From assembly GCA_043228905.1 (NCBI GenBank), contig JBHGNT010000002.1, positions 18,972,001 through 19,036,000 on the forward strand: a stretch of 64,000 nt of DNA. Direction: 5' to 3'. Position 1 is the stretch's first letter, and each line of letters opens with the position of its first letter. The translations under genes were made by a program, and so were the position numbers. Below the pieces are notes generated by a model. It worked only from the letters and a program-made list of their open reading frames with translations, had not been told where the DNA came from and searched no databases. Origin of the DNA: Azolla caroliniana. Its lineage: Eukaryota > Plantae > Polypodiophyta. Positions 37,945-49,646 of this stretch are shown here, in pieces.

Positions 37945-40900
37945 AGAGGGCTGCCAAGGCGTGGGGCCGAGACAGCCCGGACACTCGGAAAAGACCCCAT
38001 GACTGTACGATAGGTAGGGGATTTTGCTTCTCCGACAACGGAGGGTGTATGCTGGTCGGCATCATTGGCCGAGAAAAGACAAGGGCGGAAGAGCGACTTC
38101 GAGCGTGCGGAGTTCTTGGCCCGGACGAGGAAATCAGCGGAGCCGTGGAGGCGGTCTCCTTCGACGACACCTTAGGGATGCTGAGGAAGGTTGCCGGAGA
38201 AGACCTTAACGAAGACCGGACGATACCGGTATGTTCCGAAAAGATGTACGAAGTCATCGCGAACTTCAGTCGGGGGCTCGGGTCGGATCGGACGGCCCGA
38301 GTTAGCACAAAGTACAAGACTGTGGACCGGAAGGTAAGGCCAGTCGCGGCACCCTTACCGGAGGGCAGCGAGTCTCGGATTAGAGGGGTTGCGTCGGACC
38401 CCAGTTTACGAGATCCGGCCTGCATAGGACACACCTTCACCGACAGGACGCTCTGGGAGCTCAAAATCGGTGGGGGCGGGTTCCTACTGCCGGCGGAGGA
38501 AGAACGGATTCGGAGGATGCTCGGAAGGCACGGGAAAGCCTTCGCATTCTCACCGGGAGAGATCGGGTGCGTAGACCCGACGATCGTGGAGCCGATGGTG
38601 ATATTCACGGTACCGCATGTACCGTGGAATCTCAAGCCGATCCCGGTACCGAGAGCTCACATCCCGAAGTTGATGGAGCTACTGAGGCAGAAAGTAGATA
38701 TGGGCATTCTCGAACCGTTGAGTGCCCCATACTCGAACCGATGGTTTACCGTACCAAAGAAAAACGGAACATTGCGCTTCATTCAGGACCTGCAGCCGGT
38801 CAACAGAGTGACCATCCGGAACGCAGGAATCGGACCGACCATAGACGAGTTCGCGGAGGCCTTCGCCGGAAGGTCGATTTACTCGGTCGGTGATCTATAC
38901 TCGGGGTACAACCAGTTCCAGCTAGCCGTGGAGAGCAGAGACATTACGACAATGCGAACTCCCCTCGGCCTAGTGCGAATGTGTACCCTGCCACAAGGAG
39001 GGACTAACTCGGTGGCTCACATGGTAAATGCAATGAACAAGGTACTGAGGGATTGCATCCCCGACATCACCATGCCATTTCTGGACGACATCCCGATAAA
39101 GGGGTGCCCGGTGGAGGAGAAGGACGAGATAGTCGGGCCGGACGGATGCCGGCGATTCATAGAGAAACACATTGACGACTGCGAGAAGGTGCTACAAAGG
39201 CTAGAGGATGCTAGGCTCACCTTCTTCGGGGAGAAATCGGCCTTCGGGCAATCAGAAATCCTGGTGGTCGGACACCTATGTGGACCTTATGGTCGGAAGC
39301 CGTCTCCGGCAAAGGTAGAAGCCATCTCCACGATGAAGACCGACTGTAGCTCGGTTACGGAAGTTCGGAGGTTCCTGGGGGCATGCGCATTCTACCACAT
39401 ATGGATCCCGCATTACTCCCACGTTGCAGAGCCGCTATACGGGTTGCTGAAGAAAGGGCGAAAATTCGAGTGGCGAGACGAGCACACGGGGTCGGTCCGG
39501 AAGCTGAAGGAAGCTCTTATGGCAGCACCGGCGCTCTGGAAGGCTGTCTCGGTACCCCGGTATACATAACGGTGGATACGAGTCTGACCGGGATTGGATG
39601 GGTCGTCAACCAAGAAGACGAGGACGGCATTCGGTTCCCGATCCGATTCGGCGCGAAGGTCCTCAGTGAGCGACAGCGAGGGTACGCCCAGGTTAAACGT
39701 GAACTCTGGGGTATCGTTTCGGTAGTAAAGGCCGACAAAGACTACCTGATCGGGACAGAAGTGATTATCGAGACGGATTGCCTGCCGATTCTTGGCATGG
39801 TCTCCGGATGCGCGACACCGGACCTGGCGATGCTCAGGTGGATAGCGTACATAAAGTCCCTGGACCCAGAGATACGACACATTTCCGGAAAGGACAACGC
39901 CATAGTCGACATGCTTTCGAGGGCGAGGTTTGATGACGAGGGCGGCATGGTTTCGGAGGACGAAGAAGTCGGCGTGGACTTCTTCAAGGCGGCATACGTG
40001 ACGACCGATGGGACGAGCACTCCGGCACTTAACGACTTCTACGAGAGCAAGTACGACGGCGAGTGGCTCCAAATCGGTGGATTCTTGAGGATAATGACGC
40101 CGGATGTGTCATGGACGAAGGGCGAGGCCAACCGGATCCGGAAGAAAGCTTACCGATTCTTTCTCTCGGACGGATACTTATGGAAGCACCCGAAGAAGAG
40201 GTACGGCGCTCCGCTCCGGGTGGTGGCGATGAAGGAAGAACAGGAGGAGCTGCTGACGGCCTACCACGACAGCCCTTGGGCCGAACACCGTGGAACCTGG
40301 GCCATGTTCGAGAAGATAAAGGGGAAGTACTGGTGGCCGGGACTGTACCGGGACGTGCATCGGTTCGTGACAACTTGCGAGAGCTGTCAGATGCACTCCA
40401 TAGTCCGACACCGGGACGAACTTCACCCTATGTACCCTCCGACCATCCACTTCAAATGGATGGTAGACCTGGTAACGATGCCGATAGGAGTAGGACAGAT
40501 GCGGTATCTGGTCCTGGCTCGGGAAGATCTAACGAACCAGGTAGAAGGTCGGGCCCTTCAGAACAAAACGACTGCGGCCGAATGTCGGTTCCTGCTCGAG
40601 GACGTAATATGCCGGTACGGGTGCGTCGGGAAGATCGTGGCTGATCGCGAGGAGTTGGACGCCGAAGAGGCCGAGGAGCTGTTCGACCGGCTAGGAGTCA
40701 AGCTCTCGCTTACCACTGCGTACAATCCGGAGGCGAATGGGAAGGTGGAGCGCGGACACGGACCGATCGTCAAGGCATTAGTTTGGGCATGCGGAGGTCG
40801 GGTCGGGAACTGGCCGCGGCTACTGCCTTACGCGTTGTGGGCTGACCGGACTACGCACAGTTCGGTAACCGGATTCATGCCGGCAGAGCTCATGTTTGGG

Positions 40901-41401
40901 CAGAAGCCGATCATGCCGATCGAACGTACGGTCTCCTCATGGGCAACCGTGGACTGGAGAGACGAGATGAGCCGGGAGGAACTGCTGACGACGCGCATAC
41001 GACAGCTCGAGCGGAGACCGGAGGACGTGGAAAAGGCTGCAGAAAAGCTTCGGGTGGCCAGGACGAGGAACAAAGCCCGGTTCGACCAGACGCACCGGCT
41101 CCGACCGAAGAAGATCGAGGAAGGCGACTGGGTGCTAGTCTACGACAGCAGCCTCGACAACCAGCACCGAGCGACACAAAAGTTCACAAGAAGGTGGTTC
41201 GGGCCTTACGTGGTACAAAGCGCCAACGACAACGGGACGTACCATCTGGCGGAACTCGACGGTACGAGAATAACGATACCGGTAGCTGGGAAGCGGATCA
41301 AGACGTTCAAGAAGCGTCACAACGACGAGCCGGATCAGGATGACTTGGACCACGACGACGAGCGATCCGAAACCGAGGAAGAGCCGACGGGCGGGGAATG
41401 A
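37935..41401 (+). pseudogene. pol: F ORF2: RT, RNase H, integrase (one frameshift near 39550)
   Basis: ORFs 38049..39569 (LPQG, FLDD) and 39383..41401 (TVDTS, EHRG, GPY). Confidence 0.88.
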
Positions 41402-42118
41402 TGGCTGGACTGGTTTTCTCCGTCCAAACACAATTTGGCGCATGCCGGTGGATGCGCGGTTAGGTGGGGGCGGATGTCGTGAAGAAAACCGTCCACAAGC
41501 GGAATCGGTGTACCGGAGCGTAGAAACCGACTCTTCATGCACGTGCGCCTTAAGTTGTACATAGGAGATCCTAGGTAGATTCGGTAGGTAGGGAGTAAAG
41601 GGGAAACGACTCCTTCCTTGCCTATAAAAGGAGGGAGACGAGGAGGGTAGAGGGATCGCGGAGAGCCGAGGACGAAGTGCTGTCGGTTTGCGTGCGAAGG
41701 CTTCTCTCTCTCTCTTTCTGGTTGCAAACGCCATAGCTTCCTTCTGTGCAGGTTTCGGGAGGCCCGCGCTGCTCTGAGGAATGCCCGAGTGCTTCCGGCA
41801 GCACCTCCAACCTGTTCCCGTCTTTCTGTGCGTTTACGAACAGGTATCGGCATCTGTCCGCCGGCCTGTTCGGTTGTAACCTACTTCGTGTTTTGTTGTC
41901 CTCGTGTTCTTGTTGTTTGTCTTGTCAATACATACATACTTTCGTGGTTTTCTGTGTCGCTGTCCCATTCGCGTCTTTGCGTCGAAGGGCCGTGTCCCTG
42001 TGAATCTACGCTCGCACGTAGTGGGTCTCTCTCTCTCTCTCTCTCTCTCTCTTACTCTTCGGTACAGGACCCCCGAGGTCCCGCCTCACTCCACGCATCC
42101 GCGAGGAATACCTTGACA

Positions 42119-45100
42119 CCGTAAATGGAAGTTGAAAGGCGTCGGTCACTGTTGCCGCATTGAGTTTCCGGTAGTCGACGCACACCCGGATCTTACCGTT
42201 CTTTTTCGGCACGTTGACTATGAGGCTTAACCATGTAGCTTTTTTCATTGGTCGGATAAAACCAACTCGTAGCAACTTGTCAATTTCCTCTTTGACCTTG
42301 GCCGCATAGTTGGGGTTCATTCAGTAACATCATTGTGCTACCGGTTTGGTATCCTTACTGAGATGTATCTAGTGTTGGTTCAATTGAGGATCCAACCCCC
42401 ACATGTCTTCATATGACCAGGCGAATACGTCCCGGAAATCCTTTAATAAAGTGATCATCGCCGTCTTGTTGTCCGGTGACATTTCCTTAGCAATATGAAT
42501 TGGTCTTGTGTCGTCCCCGGTTCCTAAGTTCACTACCTCTAACTGGGATGCTTTCACGCATTGGGATACCGCCATCTCCCTCTCTAGAGCTTCCTGTGCT
42601 TGCCGTAATTCTTGGATAGCTTCCTGATCCGGTTCCTCGATGGCATCGTTCGATTGCGTTATATATGGTGACATCGCTTCTGCCACATCGATTTCAAATA
42701 GGGGTACAATTTTTGGGTTTTCTTCTAAGTATTGGTCGACCTCTTCGTCCGCAAGCCCCTCGAGCATGTTTACACCTTCCGCATATAGCGGTGTCAGGCC
42801 CTTGCCGGTACTTGCTCGAGGGTGGGTAGGTACCCTTACTTTAGTCTTCCCTCGCCGAAAGGTAATCATGTTTTTCCACCAATTTTGTTTGATATGCGCC
42901 GTTTTTAGACATGAGCGGCCCAACAACAGTGGGTAAGCCCCTTGCGCATTGAGCTGCAGGACCACCGCCAAAATTCGGAATGCGTGGCCTCCGATAGTTA
43001 CGTCTAAATCCCGTATCAAGCCGGTAGGTCTTACCGAGCTTGTATCCGCCATTCGGAGCCAAAACGGGCAAGGCTCCCATTCCTGGATTCCCAGGGTATT
43101 ACAAGTCCGTAGACTCATCACGTTCACGCCCGATCCTCCGTCCACAATCGTCCCTGGTAGTTCTGGTCCTTTGACGATGGCGGTGATTGCCGGACTATTC
43201 ATGTCCACCACTGTTGGCCCTTCTTCCGGATTTGAGAAGAACGCAGGAGCCGACAATGGATTTGATGTGGTCATTCTCGATTTCAGTCCTTCCGTAAACT
43301 GGGGAAGTAGCTATAGTAACTGACCTAATGGCAGTGTAATTTGACATTCTTGTAACGCTTGCCATGTTGGGTCTTCTTGCTGAATCGTGTTGGTGGCGTC
43401 TTCCGGTTTTTCCTTTTGTTGTTCAAGCTCAGCCACATTTTGCTCATTTGCCTTCTTCACCCACTCGGTGGCTTGCTTTCGGATTGCCTCATGTGTTTCC
43501 CACTTCGTTGTTTTGCCTTTTGTCCTGATGGTGACTTGTTGTATGTCGGTGACTTTTGCTACCACCATATTTACGGCTGGTCTTTTCTCGTAGCTTTTAA
43601 CCGGACATTGATTATTGTAATGTCCTTCTTGTCGGCAATAGTAGTAGTACGCTTTCTGGGTGTTGCTGGATTCAGTGTTCACTCCGGTAACCGGTTGAGG
43701 TCCTATTGGTGGTCAGTTGGGTACTTGGCCTTGGTCCGGTTGGGTACTTGGCATGCCTTGTCCGGCTGCCACTAGCGGTCCTCCTGTCTAGTGTTCCATT
43801 TTTTATTGAAGTGTTTTTTGTTTCGGTAACCCTGTCGGGGCCGATTTTCATAATTATCTTGGTCCTCCCTCCGTTGGTTGTAAACGGGAGAGTGATCCCG
43901 GTTGTATCGCTCATATCGTTCACCGTTGTAATCCTGGTAGCTATCCTGTTGGTCTCGGTCGTGAGCATCCTTTCTGTCACTGTTTCGGATATCTTGCGCC
44001 GGCTAGTATTGCTCGTCTCGCCACCAATGTTCTTCTTCCTCCTCTCGGTTGCTTCGGGGTTTGATTTGCCTTACCGGTGCCGCTTGCCGGTTCAGCAAGT
44101 TATATTCGCATCGGTCCATTGTGTGCATCCTAGAATGACATAACATACACTGTGTCTGCATGGTACATTCTATTGCCGAGTGCCCGACATTGAGACAAGT
44201 TGTACATTGTATAGCTTGCCGAAAACATAGGTCGTCTTCTATCGGTAATGTACCCTGGAGTGTCCCCATTGTTAGCCACAAGCTTGTTTTCTCCATCTCC
44301 CTGACCCTTTCTATGACTTGGTCGATCATGCTGGTGCGGAAATCAATCACTGCGCACACCGTACGCAGGGGTTCCTAGAGTGCTGCTAGGAATATTGTTT
44401 TAGCCTCTGCCTTTGGTTGTACCTGATTGAGCTGATTGTGCATTCGTTGGAACCAGATTACAAATTGCTGAATGGTTTCTGTAGGTTCTTGCTGTATGGT
44501 GTAGAATAGGTTGACCATCTCTCGTTGATCCACCTCCTTGTTGAAGAACTGTAAAAATCTGGTTTTTAAGTCCTCAAACGCCGTGATGGTGCCAGGAGTG
44601 TGTGTCAAGCGCCATCGCGCAGCTGGTCCTTCCAAGGTCATGCCGAACTTTGCAATCTTCGAGCGTTCTGCTTCGGCGGCGGTCAAGTGTTGCAACACAT
44701 GGTTCGCTTCCCATGTTTGTAGAAATGCATAGATATGAGCTTCTGCATCCGGATCATCCTAGTTCTTGGGATATTGGAACGACATGTCCTTGTCGAGTGT
44801 CAGAGGTCTTTCCTCCTCTTCTTTCGGTGGCTCATGTGGCAATGTCGGAAGTTGATCCGCCACTTGTCGGTCTGGGGCTTCCACTTTCGTTAACTCTGGT
44901 TTTGGTGTCGGCGAGGTATTCGACTGCTCGTCCTCCGGTCCGTTTGGGGTATCGTGGCTGCTATGGTAATTCGAATGGGCGCTGCATTCCTCGTCCGAAT
45001 CCGATTCAAAGGCCAAGAACGGTTCCGAATCGCCTCCCCCTGTCGCTAGTGCTTGCAAAATGGATTCTGCGTCCCGGAGACTGCTCAAGCTGTGTCCTTC

Positions 45101-45280
45101 GTCCAGTTGGGAATTCTGCTGCCCGCAGAGTGACTCCGTGGCCACTCGCCGGATTACTTTGGAAAATGACCGATCCGCACGGATCTCTTCTGCCGCTTGT
45201 TGGAAAGCCTCTCGCTTTCGCAATTGTTCGGTAAGTCTTCTCGCTCGCTCCGTAACCGGGTCGTTTGTTGGTCTAGTCAT
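42119..45280 (-). pseudogene. gag: G gag (several zinc knuckles), protease and RT start
   Basis: ORFs 44759..45280, 44375..44698, 44003..44359, 43311..43682, 42369..43274 (IVDGGSG) and 42006..42320 (VPKKNGKIRVCVDYR). Confidence 0.85.
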
Positions 45281-45318
45281 CCATGCCCGCCACTGTTCGC
45301 TGCGTTTGTGTAGGAATC

Positions 45319-45328
45319 GTGGTCGCCA
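45319..45328 (-). promoter_or_regulatory. PBS of G (tRNA-Arg-like TGGCGACCAC)
   Basis: Lies between the 5' LTR and the gag start, exactly where LTR homology ends. Confidence 0.7.
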
Positions 45329-45802
45329 AAAACTATGTTATCGCTAGGGCCGGAAAATGGCCTAACACAGGGTGTCCCCTTGAGACACTTCATCAAAGGG
45401 GTGTTGCGGTGAGATAAAGTTAGACCGACTATTAATGGAACCCTAATTGGTTACTAAGCGGCAAGATCATTAGTCACAATACACGCGTAGGATAAATTAC
45501 ACTTAGCACAAAACGGTAATTAACAATTATTAAGATACAGAACAACAACACTCTATGAATTATCCGCTTCTGATTACAATCTAACCAGGCCCTTTTATAG
45601 GTCTCCGGCTTTAGGTACAAACCGGTGCCAACCGGCAACCGGCTACGAACCGGTCCGGATCCGGATCGGCATACCGATTCCGGGTCCATCCGTTCGCTTC
45701 TCAAAATCATAATAATTCTATATTATAACTAATCAGCTCTCGGTTATTAATTATCCCCCTTTTCCCATTCTGGACTTCCCTTGCCGACCGGCTAACAAAG
45801 CT

Positions 45803-47969
45803 GAAAAATGTGTTATTGTTGGATATTCAGAGGAGCAAAAAGGGTATAGATGTTATAACCATGTGACAAAAAAGATTGTGGTAAGTCGGGATGTAATAAT
45901 TGATGAGTTGAGCAACTGGTACAACCCAAAAGAGAATGTAGAAACTGATGAAGCCTTTGAAAATGAAGACAGAGAAAAATCTGAAAATGTAAGAGATAAC
46001 CACAGAGATGGAAATCATGTTGGACAATAAAGTTCCACATCAATGGAATGTACTGGACCATCTGGAAGCTCAGGTAGTAAATCTGAATCTAATGCATGGG
46101 GTGGAAAAAATGCAAGGCACAAAATATGATGATAGAAAGGGAAATGCCAAAATATGAAATGCTTGATGATGGGTCTAGAAACATGGAAGATGTAGATTCA
46201 GATACATCATTGGATGATGAGCTTGGTATAGGAGCCTTGAAAATCTCTGGTATGGAAAAAGCAATGAAGGATGCAAATCAGAAACTGAGAAGATCAGATA
46301 GAGAGAAAAAGATTGTTGAAAGGTTTGGCTATGACACATATATGGCTATGCATTATGCATACATGTCTAAAGTGGTACAAATCCTTGATCCAATTAGTTT
46401 TGATGAAGCAAAATCTGATAAGAAATGGGTGAATGCAATGCAAGAAGAAATAGATGCATTGGCTGAAAATAGAACATGGGATTTGGTAAAGTTACCGAAA
46501 GGAAAAAATGTTGTAGGTTGCAAATGGGTCTACAAGACAAAGCATGATTTCAATGGAAATGTTAGCAGACATAAAGCAAGACTTGTGGCAAAGGGATATG
46601 CCCAGATGCATGGAATTGATTATGATGAAACATTTGCACCGGTTGCAAAAATGGCAACCTTGAGAACACTACTTGATGTGAGTGCAACCAAAAGATGGGT
46701 TCTGCACTATATGGATGTAAAAAATGCTTTTTTACATGGTAACTTAGAAGAAGAAGTGTATATGTGTCAACCACCAAGTTTTGAAGATAAGAAGCATCCA
46801 GAATATGTATGTAGGCTGAAAAAGGCTCTCTATGGATTGAAATAAGCACCAAGGGCATGACATAAAGAACTTTCAAAATCTCTGAAAAAATTTGCTTTCA
46901 AAATGTCAAAGGTTGATCCATCATTGTATGTAAAAAGGATAAATGATTGCATTGTTGTTATTTTGATTTATGTTGATGATTTAATCATTGGAGGTGATTG
47001 CATGGATGAAATAAGCAAGCTGAAAAAAAATCTTGAAATGCAATTTCATATGAAGGATTTGGGAGATCTGAGATACTTTCTTGGCATTGAGATGATCAGA
47101 TCTGAAAGTGGTATATATATGTTGCAAAAATAGTATGCAACAACTATGTTGAAGAAGTATGGTATGCTTGGATGCAAACCTATTGGTGTACCACTAGATA
47201 AGAACTGCAAATTAAGGGCTGATTTGGGAACCAAAATAGAAGATGTAAACATGTACAGGTCTATGGTGGGCAACCTCATATATTTGACTATAAGAAGACC
47301 TGATTTGAGTTATGTTATTGGATTAGTCAGCCAGTTTATGCAACAGCCAACAAATCCACATTTGGACTGCATAAGAAGAATTTTGAGGTATGTAAAAGCT
47401 ACTCAAAATTATGGACTGTTTTACAGGGCTGGTTTGGACATAAAGCTGGAAGGATATACATATGTTGATTGGGCTGGAAGCCAAACTGACAGAAGATCCA
47501 CAAGTGGATATATGTTTCATTGGGAAGTGCAGCTATTTCATGGAGTAGCAAGAAACAACCTACTGTTGCACTATCAAGTACTGAAGATGAATATAGAGGA
47601 GCTGTAATAGCTATTTGTGAAGAGATATGGATCAGAAGATTGCTTTCTGATTTGGGAGAGTATATAGATGGTGCAATCACAATTTGGTGTGACAATATGA
47701 GCATCATTCAGCTGGCAAAAAACCCAGTGTTCCATGCAAGAACGAAGCACATTGAAGTGCATTATCACTTTGTTAGAGAAAAAGTGATTGATGGAGAAGT
47801 GGATTTGTTGTATGTAAGTACAAATCAACAAGTGGCTGATATTCTTACGAAGAGATTGAGCATGGAAAAACATACACAGTTTAGAGACATGATGGGAGTT
47901 ATAACCATCGGCATGGTTGCTGAAAAACATGAAGAAAAGAAGATTGAAGATGATCCCAAGAAAGGATAA
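45803..47969 (+). pseudogene. pol: E pol: integrase end, RT, RNase H
   Basis: [37 protein letters not shown]. Confidence 0.9.
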
Positions 47970-48570
47970 GTTGAGCTTGAGGGGGAGTGTTGAGAAGTAA
48001 GCTCAACAAAGGTATGTGATTCTTATTGAGAAATAAGCTATAATAGCTATTAGCTAATTAGCTACTAGTGGACATAAAGGTGAAACAACTATTTAGCTAC
48101 AGACAACTAATTAGCTACTAACAACTAATTAGCTCCATATATAAGTCACTTATGTACTTAGGTAAAAAGTGTAGTAAGTAGGAAAAGAAAGTAAGAGTGA
48201 GAGTAGAGTAGAGAGAAGAAGAACAAAAAACAGAAAACTGACGAGAACAAGTTGAGCTCTGCGCGTAATGCGATAGAAGCTTTTGGACTGTGCAGAGGTA
48301 AGTCTCCTTCCCCCTTTCTTTCTATCTTGAGCACATTAATGATCCAACACATCATGATCCGCTGTGCACACAAAAGAGCCGTAGCGCCTTCGTAACAAAG
48401 CTGATCGAGGAGGTCAAGGTGTGCAGAACCAGAAGGGTCGCGACAAACAGGACCGGACTAGACGAGGAGCGTGAGCAAGGCGGAGCAACGCCAAAAGGAG
48501 CCGGGTAGAAGAACCGGCTGCCGCAGACACTAACACCACGATCCGACCTCATGTTGAGCTTGAGGGGGAG

Positions 48571-49015
48571 TGTTGAGCGAGCAAGCTCAACCGGATCTGG
48601 ATCGGCTGAATAAGCCTGAGCCGGATCAGCATTCGGAAGGATGAGCCGGATTGGTATTTGGAAACAACTGGCTGGATCAGGGAGACGGATCAGAGAGCCG
48701 GATTCGAGCGGGAACCGGAAGCCTAGTAGTAGCCTAGACTACTAGGTAATCATTGTCTCGTAGTTAGTGTCAGCCGCTCATATGAGCATTGAAGTACCTA
48801 TCCATACTTTATGGACTTGTATAAATAGTGCTATTATAGCACATTGTATGTATAGAGTTTTAGAGTCATTTTGAATAGACGTTTACGTTCTGCTCTCTCT
48901 GTCTCCCCTGCGTATTCTCTATGTATTAAGATTCTCCATTAAACCTTCATCTCATTCTTTGTTGCTATCCGGTTGAGCCGGTTTTGTCTAACGCTTCCGC
49001 AGATTTACATTTACA
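48571..49015 (+). repeat. 3' LTR of Copia A
   Basis: Follows the PPT TTGAGGGGGAG; followed by the TSD GTTAT. Confidence 0.93.
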
Positions 49016-49195
49016 GTTATCTTCGAATGTCATGCTCTCGGTGCCTGCTTGAGACAGTAGAGAGGCTTTTTGAGTCGCCAGATAGCAGTCGTATGCGTAC
49101 TTGACTTGAATATGAGTGGTTGAACCATGTACACCTCCTCTTCTAACACGCCTTGGAGAAAGTCATTATTCATGTTCATTTGGTAGAGATGCCAA
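49016..49195 (-). pseudogene. pol: Continuation of the host Copia RT
   Basis: Minus strand reads WHLYQM..FLQGVLEEEVYM..LKKPLYCLKQAPRA, joining ITHYLHQIGF at 477. Confidence 0.85.
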
Positions 49196-49420
49196 GTAGG
49201 ACTTTAGTTTCCTATTTGTGTTTGAATGTTCTTCAGTCCATTCAAATGTTTCTTCTTTTCTTAGGAGTCTATATAAGGGTTCAGATAAATGGGCATAATG
49301 CGGAATCCATCGGTAGTAAAAGACACATACCCCCTAAAACCTTCATACTTCTGAGATGGATTTACATTCCTCTTGCATATTTTGAATTGCATTGACCTTG
49401 GTTGGGGATGACTTTCTCCT

Positions 49421-49646
49421 TGTAAAAGAATATGATTGCAGAACCTAAGACGAAACCGCCTCATCCAGATAGCTAAAGAATATAGACACAGGTTTAATGG
49501 AAACCTTACACAGGAGGGACAGAGAGAGCAGAACAATAGAAACTTAATTAAATAATAATAACAATATGTACATACAATGTGCTCAGTGAGAACTTTTATA
49601 CAAGTCCTTACACAGACTGAGAGAAGTATTGACATGTACTTCAATG
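49421..49646 (-). repeat. Partial A-family LTR, interrupted by element I
   Basis: TGTAAAAGAA.. resembles 60972-61200 and the reverse complement of the A LTR; no PBS adjacent. Confidence 0.65.

Larger units (their letters stand above)
35138..42118 (+). mobile_element. Young GC-rich Gypsy F, nearly intact
   Basis: LTRs 35138-35773 and 41475-42118, with about 5 substitutions by eye plus (CT)n length differences. 4-bp TSD CCGT. PPT 41462-41474. Confidence 0.95.
27336..45797 (-). mobile_element. Athila-like non-chromovirus Gypsy G with a long extra 3' ORF
   Basis: TSD AAGCT (27331-27335, 45798-45802). LTR homology 27351-27818 versus 45328-45797. gag-PR-RT-RH-INT on the minus strand with no additional RNase H. 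Confidence 0.9.
24650..48397 (+). mobile_element. AT-rich Copia E (relative of A), split by G
   Basis: LTRs 24650-25049 and 47988-48397, TSD AAGCT, PBS TGGTATCAGAGC 25050-25061, PPT 47978-47987. Confidence 0.94.
478..49015 (+). mobile_element. Copia LTR retrotransposon A (degenerate), carrying >40 kb of nested insertions
   Basis: LTRs 478-896 and 48571-49015 (TGTTGAGC..TTTACA). TSD GTTAT at 473-477 and 49016-49020. PBS 897-908, PPT 48560-48570. Domain order gag-PR-INT-RT-RH. Confidence 0.93.

Noticed and set aside
39076-39090. FLDD instead of YxDD in the F RT
   Set aside because: The catalytic aspartates are intact and F-for-Y substitutions occur in other RTs.
35973-41853. Many long antisense or alternative-frame ORFs over F
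   Set aside because: Expected shadows of GC-rich gag-pol; no recognisable domains.
24645-45802. E and G share the TSD AAGCT
   Set aside because: Different superfamilies, each with its own independent TSD pair; n=2 is compatible with chance.
49196-49420. Short unassigned segment as a possible host exon
   Set aside because: No convincing ORF, motif or splice structure can be supported.
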